In this document: positions 9,306-18,511 of the stretch, in pieces | How the letters are laid out: each line of letters begins with the position of its first letter | How positions within the stretch are numbered: the stretch's first letter is position 1 | Source of the DNA: Zygophlyctis sp. KS116 | Lineage: Eukaryota; Fungi; Chytridiomycota | Length of the DNA: 25,116 nucleotides | NCBI GenBank assembly: GCA_054661495.1 | Contig: BAAFSQ010000140.1 | Coordinates: 1 to 25,116, forward strand | Direction of reading: 5' to 3' | The notes under the pieces: generated by a model | The model's input: the letters and a program-made list of their open reading frames with translations, nothing else | Databases searched by the model: none | What the model was told of the DNA's origin: nothing | Position numbers and translations under genes: made by a program

Positions 9306-12300
9306 ATGCAAGAGTTTGCTCTACATGCTGCAGTTACAGAGCTGTTTGGGATTTTAGGTATTAATTCAGAGAATCCAAATGAATTTACTGATTATTTACT
9401 GGGAAAATCTAAAATTAAATTGGACAATTTCAAGGAAAAGATGCAACTTTCAACTACAAATCAGGTTGCTCGTTTAAATGTTTTCCAGGAAAAACACAAG
9501 GGAAACAGGAAAATTGAACCATTATTGACTCTTATTTCTTCTGTAGTAGATGATTCTGTAGAATCTTTTGATGGTGCAACATTGGCAAATTCAACGCCAA
9601 ATATTACACGCTCACAGTCAATGATTGTAATTTGGGATTCTAAATATTAGAAGAATGCTTGGACACCGAGAATGAAGACTTCAAAGAGTTTTAATTTACT
9701 GCCGAAAACTCCAGGATTAAATATTTTTGATGTAGCAGGGACACCAAAGACTCCAGCAATGTCTATTAGAGAACTTAAAAAAGAAAAAAAGGTATTCAAG
9801 CTAGTTCTTACACAAATAAGGAAGCATATTCTTTTAGATCACTGGAAAATAAAAGTCTGCAAGAGCAAGAAGCGTGGGTTATTGAAGATTTATTGTATGT
9901 ATTGATGGTAATAGTTACTAGAATTGATTAAAGGGGATGGATGGGGAATTAATGTGTTTAGTTCCTTGTGTTAAACTTAATGGGATAGAGTCTTTTGATA
10001 CTGTTGTTGAAAAGAATTTAGGTATGGGGATGTAAACTAAAGGATAGATGCTTCTCTTCGCGAATTTGTAATGAAAATACTTGGGATAGCTGTATCATAT
10101 AGGACAACTATGGAATATTTAGAAAAACATTCAGTTTTTAGAGCTGGGATGATAAGTCATGCATTATGTGCGGGAATTAGAGAATTGTTAAATGTATACT
10201 CCAAGATTTATAAATAGGAATATTTAGTTTTGGTTTCGCAATTGGAACATCAAGCACATACAGATGCTACTTTTAGTCTACAAAAAATGTGGTATTATCT
10301 AGAATCATCAAGAGCTACGTTGGATACTGTTTCAAATCTCTTGGTTTCTCTAATTCAGTCAGAGTCGCAAGATGTGTCTACAGATTCATTTTCAAAAGTC
10401 AAAAAGGGATTTAGTGGTGGGAAAATACTGAATATAATCAGTCAGAATATTCAAATTTATAAGGGGTAATGGAAATAGAGTCTGAATAATTAGTGATCCT
10501 GTCAGAACCAAAGTTTATACAGTCTTACTAGAAAAATCTATGCTCCCGTTTTTCGATATGTTGAGGAAATGGATTTTTTCTGGTCATATATCGGATCACT
10601 ATAATGAATTTATGATCTCTGAATCTCAAAATATCTCAAAAGAGACGCTATTAAAAGGTCTAAATGATACATATTGGGAACAACGGTTTTCTCTGCACGA
10701 TGAGTATGTACCAGATTTCCTAGAAGGCGCAAAAGAAAAGATTCTGTTGACAGGAAAATATTTAAATGTACTCAAGGAATGCAAAGCTCCTATACCAGAT
10801 CGAGAGGCTATGGCAGATTTTTACGACAATAGTGAATCAAAGGGAATTATTTTGAGAAGAAAGACAAGCTCTTTTTTCGAAGAGTAAGCCCATTTTAATT
10901 TTCATAATTTAGAATTATGCATGATGTAGAGGTTGCATTTTTCTATGCCAATCAAACTCTTCTAGAATTGCTTTTCAAGAATAAGAATATCCTATCACAA
11001 TTGAGGTAATCGTGTAAATTATTAAATGATGCAGGACAATGAAAATGTATTTTTTGCTCGAACAATCAGACTTTCTTACTCAATTCTTTGATGTAGCGCT
11101 TGTTGATATGGTTCAGCCAGTTGACAAGGTCCCTAAAGAAAAGCTGCAGGTACTTTTTGATCTTGTTCTGCGTTCTCATGGAGGTGCTGGATGTGAGTCT
11201 ATAATTGAATCCATAAAGATTGGCTTAGACTCAACATCACTATTTGAAAAGCTTTTAAAGATCAATTCAGTTGCCGGAGTCGATATTAAACGTTACATGT
11301 CCGAAATTCGTTCAGGTAACATTGCGATTGAGCCCCTTCTCGCCAGAAACAGTATCAAATCCCGAAACGAAACGGATTCTATCTCGATGACAGGTAATTT
11401 CTCCTTGAGCTGAAAGAAAGGTATTGATGCATTTACATTGGAATTCCAGGTTCAGTTTCCGATGTCACTGATCCTTAATAAGAAAATACTGACAAAGTAT
11501 CAATTGCTCTTTCGACATTTGTTTCAATGTAAGTATGTGGAAAGATTATTGATGGGTGCATGGCTAGATCATGCTAAACTTAGACAATCATTTAAAGGAG
11601 GAATCCGATCTGAAAGCAATAGCTATTCACCGTGGCAGGATGAAGTTTCATTCATTGGAAGACTCGGCTCTCTATCGGCCAAAATGCTTCATTTTATTCA
11701 GCAAGTTATGTATTATATGTTTATTGAAGTAATTGAACCAAACTGGGCCAAGATGGAGAAGAATATGTTCAATGTAAGTTTTTTAAACTTATAAAAGGCT
11801 CTCACAATTGATCAAGTTATAAATGGCCACGATGATTTCTTAAATACTTGTTTAAAGGAATGTATGCTAACAAACCCCAAATTAATCAAGGTTCGTATTT
11901 ACTATTAAACTCTTAGTCTTTTAACAAGATTCTGAGCGAAATGAAATCTGTTGTTGAATTTTCTGAATGGTATTGCCGTACAAAACTACATGCGTCGAGT
12001 ACTGAATCTCACGAAAGTCAAGACTTGGGGGCTGGTATTCCTATTTCCCTTGCTCATTTTTCCCATCCTAGCCAATCTATTGGAAAGAATATGTCTGTGC
12101 TTAGTATCTCTGGTTTAAGAAACACGCCAGCATCTGCCACTCCTGCATTAGTAAATTATGAAAAAGAATTTGGCCGCCAAGTCAACGGCCTAATTGATCT
12201 TTTATTAGTGATTGGAAACTCTGAATCTGGCAGTCTTTGCCATTTGTGCAACATGATGGACTATAACCGCTACTACTCACACTCTGCCCCTAATGTGGCC

Positions 12301-12417
12301 TATGTCTCTAGTCCTCTAGTCTCTAAGAAATTTAATGATGTTTTAGGAAGCAATTCTACACTAGGAAAAAGCGGATTAGCAAGTAGCCCATTAAGTGTCT
12401 CTGAAGTTTTAAATTAA
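9306..12417 (+). CDS. TUBGCP2: Gamma-tubulin complex component 2 (Spc97/Alp4); 11 introns: 9627-9650, 9792-9820, 9908-9933, 10022-10047, 10194-10217, 10466-10493, 10884-10912, 11006-11034, 11394-11420, 11774-11797, 11891-11916
   Basis: The spliced product is one open frame with [64 protein letters not shown] and [16 protein letters not shown]. Confidence 0.9.
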
Positions 12418-12454
12418 ATCATTTTTTAGAGAGTGAAAAAGAATAATTTATAAA

Positions 12455-13180
12455 TCAATCCTTCAACAGCATTTCATATCTTGATTTATCAGAGTTTGGA
12501 AGTAACCATCCTAAATTTGCCAAAAAATCCCCAAATATAACTTTTCCATCTCCAACTTGTCTTCCAGCCCATAAACATTCACCCCATTTCCCTACATTAA
12601 CTTGAGAGAATATTTTCCCTTGATTAACTTTTATAACGACAACTTGCAACATTTTTGACCATCCCACCTGTAATTTCCTAAAACAGTCAAACTTTGCTTC
12701 TTCATGTTGAATATTATCCCATCTCATTAATTTATTCTGCAATATATCTGATGCCAGCAATAGATAAGAAGCAGTAGTATCAATCCACTCTATAGAGTCT
12801 GGTAAATTTACAAAATATTCAGCATAGAATGCAATAGAGTCTAGTATTTCAAGATAGTTCCCCTTGACTCTACTATAAGAATAATCATTTGAGAAACTTC
12901 CCAGCGGAAGATTTTTAAAGAGTAATTTGAGTTTAGAGTCTAAAATATCAACTACACTTGAGATAGTGAGAGGAATCATGATAGAAATATCATTTCCAAG
13001 CCAAGAATGTTTATGAATCAATTGAATTAGAATATTTCCAAGAGATTTTGAGTCTAAATCTCTCAAAACCTTTATTAGATTATCATTAGATTTTTCTGTA
13101 GTTTTTGACCTTTTAGGGGATGAATTGTACATGTCATCTTGTATATCAGAGTACTCTCTCTTGCGATCCGTCATCATCAT
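12455..13180 (-). CDS. STS1: Sts1/Cut8 nuclear proteasome tethering factor
   Basis: N-terminal bipartite basic signal RKR..KRSK. LRDLDSKSLGNILIQLIHKH and DYSYSRVK match Cut8/Sts1 motifs. Confidence 0.75.
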   Translation of the reverse strand: MMMTDRKREYSDIQDDMYNSSPKRSKTTEKSNDNLIKVLRDLDSKSLGNILIQLIHKHSWLGNDISIMIPLTISSVVDILDSKLKLLFKNLPLGSFSNDYSYSRVKGNYLEILDSIAFYAEYFVNLPDSIEWIDTTASYLLLASDILQNKLMRWDNIQHEEAKFDCFRKLQVGWSKMLQVVVIKVNQGKIFSQVNVGKWGECLWAGRQVGDGKVIFGDFLANLGWLLPNSDKSRYEMLLKD

Positions 13181-13210
13181 ACTCTGACACACGCCTGAAA
13201 CTTTCTTACC

Positions 13211-13270
13211 CTGCCACGCCTAGTGTCACGGACCATGGACTGCCACGCCTAGTGTCCATGCCTAGTGTCC
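13211..13270. repeat. Short direct repeats in the STS1/PDX3 divergent intergenic region
   Basis: CTGCCACGCCTAGTGTC exact at 13211-13227 and 13240-13256, with a partial third copy CATGCCTAGTGTCC at 13257-13270. Confidence 0.9.
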
Positions 13271-13325
13271 AATCCCTGACATTGACACACACTGGCATAC
13301 ACCCCGAGTAAAGTAAAAAAGAAAA

Positions 13326-13946
13326 ATGTCCCTGTATAATCTTCGAATTAATTATGATCAAGACTCTCTCCTAGAAGATAATCTCCCTAAAGATCCAATG
13401 ATTCTTTTTGACGCTTGGTTTAAACAGTCTGCTGCAAAAGAACCAAATGCAATGTGTTTATCTACTGTAATTGATAATAAACCATCATCTAGAATTGTCT
13501 TGTGTAAATCTTATTCAACTCAAGGATTTACTTTTTTTACAAATTATAATTCAAGAAAAGGAATGGAAATTGAAAGTAATCCTTTTGCTTCTATAGTGTT
13601 TTATTGGGAACAGAGATCTGTAAGAATAGAAGGAAAATTAGATAAAATTTCTGATAAAGAATCTACAGATTATTTTTCTAGTAGACCTAGAGAATCACAA
13701 ATTGGAGCATGGACTTCTCCTCAATCTACAGTCTTGAAAAATAGACAAGAATTGGATGATTTTTATTATAAAACAGTTGAAAAATTCAAAAATGTTGAAA
13801 ATATTCCCAAACCAGAATTTTGGGGAGGATATATACTACGGCCAACAAGTATAGAATTTTGGCAAGGAAGACCTTCTAGATTACATGATCGTATAAAGTA
13901 TATTTTACAGAATTCATGTTATAAAATTGTGCGATTGGCTCCGTAA
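13326..13946 (+). CDS. PDX3: Pyridoxamine 5'-phosphate oxidase, intronless
   Basis: EPNAMCLST, FFTNYNSRKG, YFSSRPRESQIGAW, EFWQGRPSRLHDR and RLAP*. Confidence 0.97.
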   Translation: MSLYNLRINYDQDSLLEDNLPKDPMILFDAWFKQSAAKEPNAMCLSTVIDNKPSSRIVLCKSYSTQGFTFFTNYNSRKGMEIESNPFASIVFYWEQRSVRIEGKLDKISDKESTDYFSSRPRESQIGAWTSPQSTVLKNRQELDDFYYKTVEKFKNVENIPKPEFWGGYILRPTSIEFWQGRPSRLHDRIKYILQNSCYKIVRLAP

Positions 13947-14065
13947 ACTTTTTAATATATTTTCTAATAATTTCTATTCTAATAATTTCTACCATAGACA
14001 ATAGACAGATATGGGAAGACGAGATATGGATAAAATTTGCGCGTTTAGCAAAAATTTGGAAAAAA

Positions 14066-17043
14066 ATGATTGAATTAATCTTGATTTTTGGAGGATTTTC
14101 TTGGATTTTATACAATTATTGGAAATATTTAAAGAGGAAAAGGTTGAATTCTTTAGGGTAATTTATTTTCTCTTACAATAAAGTCCAAAAAGAAGATTTA
14201 TAACTGAAAAATCTCAAATTCCAAAAGTAGTTTTGCAGAAAAAAGTAGAAAAAACAATTTATTTTACTCCGGCAAAGACTAGAGAACAAGTATTCTTTTC
14301 TACTCCTCATTTGCCTTTTAAAACTCCTAGAAATTCAGAGATGGGGAATTTTACACCAATTGTAAAGTTGGACTCTAAAGAGGGAATTGAGGCTGTTAAA
14401 ATTCCTGTAAAATCAATGGAACAGAGGCCAATAGAGATTCAGAGAAATTTAGGGCCAATAGAGATTCAAAATAATTTACAACCTTTAAAATTACAGCAAG
14501 ATAATCTCAATTTTCAGCATTCACAACTTTCAACTCCACAGAAAAGTATAGAAAGTATGCAATTAAGAGTTGAAAAAGAAAATTCAAGAGTAGAAACTGG
14601 GAAAAGTAATAAAAGGGCATTTAATGATGAGGTAGGTCTCTAAATAAATTAATATTAATAGGAGTTGACTCAAGTTAAAAAATCTAGAAAAGAAGTTAGA
14701 TATAAGACTCCAAGGAGGGATAGAGATACTTTGAAGAGGAAATCTACTTTTACAGTTTTAGATAATGAAATTGATAAGGAACTATTGCCGGAAAAAGGTT
14801 GGATTACTCCCATGAGTAGAAGACTGGGAAGGAAAGCTTCTAGAAGTACACAAATAAAGGAAAGAACTAGTGTAATGTGTCAGACTATGCCGGTTCAGCA
14901 AGAGTCTAAAAGGATTAAAGTTACTCCTGCATTAGATAGAGTGAAATTCAAAATACCGGAATCTATTTCTAGACCTGTTTTACAAGGGAATGAATTGGAT
15001 GAGAAGACGGTTCAGGTGTTACTGAATGCAGCAAATGAAGGAATTTCTGGAAGTTTTGTGATTGGGAAGGAAGCAAGTTCTATAGAAGCTATAAAGGCAC
15101 CGCCCTTGGAATTCAAAGCTCCATTAGCAAAAGAAAATATATCTCCAAGTTTCAAGGTTGATGGGGCAGTTGCGCCTGTTCCTCCTTTGTCTGCCCCCAG
15201 TACTGTTGCAACGGAGGTCACGCCTGAAGTTCCAAAGTTTAACTTTAATCTTCCAGTTTCAACATCAGTCTCAACTGGGACGCTATCTCCTCAAAAGCCA
15301 GCATTGACTTTTTCTCTGCCTGGATCTGAAACTCCTATTTTGTCTACAGTTCCTGCAAGAGATTCTGATGTACAAACGCCAAAGTTCTCTTTTGGAGCGC
15401 CTTCAAGCATTACCAGCACTGCAGTCACTACATCTACTATGGCAACTGCCGTTACAAGTTCAATAGCGACTTTTGGGACTCTCACCGCAAGTACAGGTCC
15501 TGCTAGTACTCCTATTACTTCAATGCCTTTTTCAATATCCACTACAGCACCTCCTGTTACTGCAGCTGCTACAAGTGATACTATAACGCCAACTTTTAAT
15601 TTTGGAAAGCCTTCTTCTGGATTCACTCCTCTTCCTACTGTGACAGCACCAACTACTACCACGGCACCTGTAAGTTTTTCTTTTGGGGGGAAAACAAGTG
15701 AAGTGCCTGCTGTTTCTCTGACTAGTTTTGGAAGCAAAGAAACTACGGCCGCTTCTGCTGCTCCTACATTAAATTTTGGAGTTCCTTCATCGACTGCTGC
15801 TGCTCCTATTCCCTCAGCTCCACAGACTACTCCATTTTCTTTTGGGAAGACACCAACTGTATCAACTACACCCTCTACATTTAACTTTGGTTCTTCCAAT
15901 GTGCCTCCGGCCACTTTAGCCCCACAATCTGGCGGCTTATCTCAGCCAGTTTTGGGTAATCAATCTTCTAAAACAGCTGCTCCGATGTTTGGGCAGTTGA
16001 ATCAAACATCTCAGCCGCCAGCAACATCAGCTTTTGGTGGAACTACTGCCCCACCTGTATTTGGACAACCAGCGCCTAGTGCTACCTCTACTTTTGGTCA
16101 ATCAACTTCTGCTCCATTTGGGCAATCTGTATCAGTAACTGCAACACCCTCTTTTGGTCAGCCAGCTCCCATAACATCTGCCACATTTGGTCAACCCGCA
16201 ACATCAGCTTCTGTCCCCTCTTTTGGGCAAGCTATCCCATCAACTTCTGCTCCTTTTGGACAGTCAGCCCCTGTTCAGTCGCCATTTGGTCAAACTAAGG
16301 CTGCTCCTTTCGGACCGCCGTCCATCTCCACTTCAACATCAGCTTTTGGACAATCGGCCCCCTCATCCTCTGTTTCTTCTCCTTTTGGACAAACTACGAC
16401 AGCCCCTGGTTCTTTTGGAGCTGCTGCACCATTTGGAACCACTACAGCCCCTCCTACATTTGGCCAATCACCATCTACTTCTGCTCCTCCTCCATTTGGA
16501 CAGCCTTTTGGTCAGCAATCAGGAAATACAGGTTTTGGTATGACCTCTGGAGCTTCAGCCGGACAGGGATCAAGTGCTCCTGCATTTGGCCAGCCTACCT
16601 CTGGATTCCCACCATCTTCATTTGGACAAGGCTCAACATCTAATTTCAATCAATCAACTCCTGCGGCTCCGTTTGGATCTGCTCCTTCTCCATTTGGAAA
16701 TACATCTACTAATGCCCCTAGTGCTCCAAGCTTTGGATTCTCTAATGCATCGGTTCAGTTTGGAGCCCAAGCTCCTGCAAATCCTCAAGCCCCTTTCAAC
16801 ACACCTTCTGGATCAGCATTCACATTTGGTCAACCTCAAGCTACCGCCCCTTCATTTTCATTTGGAGCCCAATCTCCTGGTATAGCCCCTGCCTCTCCAG
16901 GATTTTCATTCAATGCACCAGGAGCCCCTCAATTACCTCAAATGCCTTCTGGACCAGGATTCTCTCTTGGTGCTGGTGGTGATACTACTCGCAAACTTGC
17001 TCAGCCCAAAGGACGTCTTCGAAAAGCCGGACTAAGACGTTGA
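14066..17043 (+). CDS. FG-repeat nucleoporin of the Nup1/Nup153/POM121 type with a predicted N-terminal TM helix; exons 14066-14157, 14184-14631, 14662-17043 (973 aa)
   Basis: Dozens of FxFG/PFGQ/SFG repeats and a C-terminal FSLG..RKLAQPKGRLRK. Two GT-AG introns (26 and 30 nt) join three exons in frame. Confidence 0.8.
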
Positions 17044-17123
17044 TATTTTAAAAGTATTTAAAAATAATCAAATTCTAAAAGTTTAATGCCGAGAGCAGTA
17101 ATCGGAAAATACTAATAGAGGAA

Positions 17124-17673
17124 ATGTCATTTATCACTGTCCGATATGGCCAAAACGAAGAGAAAATCCTAAATCCCAACTGCTTATCAGCAGTTTTACT
17201 ATCTCATATTAAAAAGTCTTGTGGATTCGAGACACTTTTAGAACCTATTGACCTTTGTTCTGCAGAGACTGGAGAAGTCGTGGATCTCATTTCTAAACCC
17301 AAAGAATACGCTAAAAAGTATTTGGAGCCTAGAGGATCATATGTTCTCTTAAAAGTGATTGGAGATGATTCAGAAGAATCCAGTTCTACATTTGTATCCT
17401 TGCTAGAATCATCTAATCTTAAAATCTCTAGTAATTTTCCTACTTTAATCTCTAGCCAACCCATCAAAATTAAAAGCCAAAAGAACCAAAGCAAACATTT
17501 TAAAATCTGAAAATCCAGACTTGAAGACTAATGACTCTGAAACCAATTCTTCTCAATCTTCAAAAAAACTAGGAATGACACCATTATCAGCCGGATTAAG
17601 AAATTCTAGATCTGATGTGTCTAGTAAACCATTAAACGAAAGAAAGATGGGATCTCCTAAAAAGAAAAAATAG
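17124..17673 (+). CDS. CXorf65/C22orf15-family protein; intron 17431-17455
   Basis: MSFITVRYG..LNPNC..LLSHIKKSCG..IDL..ETGEV..YAKKYLEPRGSYVL pattern. Splicing gives a long basic tail ending SPKKKK*. Confidence 0.7.
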
Positions 17674-18011
17674 ACATGAATAGATTCCTTTATTGACTTT
17701 TGTAATGCCTTTAATGATACAACTTTTCCAAAAGATTTTTGATTCATGAGCATAATTTCTAATAGTTTTTTCCTATAAAACAAATCTGGCGATTCATTAG
17801 AGTCTAGAATTTTTAGAATTTCACTAGGAACAGACACTCCTTTTAAATCTAAATTTAATTTTTCCAAAGCTTTTAATTGTCCAATCCATTGTTCTAGATA
17901 AGATGCAGTATTAATATTGATCTGTCTAGACTCGTATTCTGCAGCACTCATTTGATACAAGATAAAATAACCTTTTTTAAGAATAGATTCCAGTTTATCC
18001 AATTGATCCAT
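17553..18011 (-). CDS. MED10: Mediator subunit Med10 (Nut2), 3' end uncertain
   Basis: VPSEILKILDSNESPDLFY..NQKSFGKVVSL resembles the Med10 IPxEVxxYID.GRNP..Y..NQ..KGK motif. Confidence 0.7.
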   Translation of the reverse strand: MDQLDKLESILKKGYFILYQMSAAEYESRQININTASYLEQWIGQLKALEKLNLDLKGVSVPSEILKILDSNESPDLFYRKKLLEIMLMNQKSFGKVVSLKALQKSIKESIHVYFFFLGDPIFLSFNGLLDTSDLEFLNPADNGVIPSFFED

Positions 18012-18084
18012 CTTGTATTTTGTATTTTGTGGGTTTTACAAATTTGCAGTAGGGCAACTCTTTGGGCCAGGCGCGTGTAAGAAA

Positions 18085-18500
18085 ATGTTTTTGAAAATGA
18101 ATTTCTCTGCAAAAGCCAAATTACTCTCTGCCATGCGATCAAGTAATTTTGATGTTTAAAATTCCTAGATTCAACCACCGCCTCAAAACTCCATGGAAGT
18201 TATCATTGGAGTTATGAAAGAATACTCTCTATAGCAACTATTCCTCTCATCATGAGTGCTTTTACAATGACACATCCTCATATTGATTTCGCGCTTGGGA
18301 TTGTTTTACCTTTACATTGTCATTTAGGACTAGATTGTATTATTACAGATTATTTGCCAAAGAGACGTGTTGGATTATTGCATACTATAGTCAAGACTAC
18401 TCTAGGTCTGTCAACTGTACTCTCAATATATGGACTATACAAGTTGAATACTGAAGATGTTGGGATTACAGAATACGTGAAAAAAGTTTGGAAAAAGTAA
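18085..18500 (+). CDS. SDH4: Succinate dehydrogenase membrane anchor small subunit (CybS); intron 18143-18168
   Basis: Basic presequence MFLKMNFSAKAKLLSAMRS, then HGSYHWSYER and LHCHLGLDCIITDYLP. Confidence 0.92.
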
Positions 18501-18511
18501 TTAAGAAATGA

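Noticed and set aside
13120-13311. 63-aa ORF or CRISPR-like reading of the repeat block
   Set aside because: Only 2-3 short repeats with a 12-nt spacer or none, in a eukaryotic context with no cas genes. The ORF overlaps STS1 antisense and has no motif.
13876-14115. Minus-strand 79-aa ORF, and similar short ORFs at 711-929, 735-923, 6046-6258, 17204-17494, 17948-18178, 19969-20160 and 20823-21065
   Set aside because: They overlap well-supported genes on another strand or frame and show no recognisable motifs.
15012-16885. Antisense and alternative-frame ORFs within the nucleoporin
   Set aside because: Shadow ORFs from the stop-poor, low-complexity S/T/P/A/G codons of the FG region.
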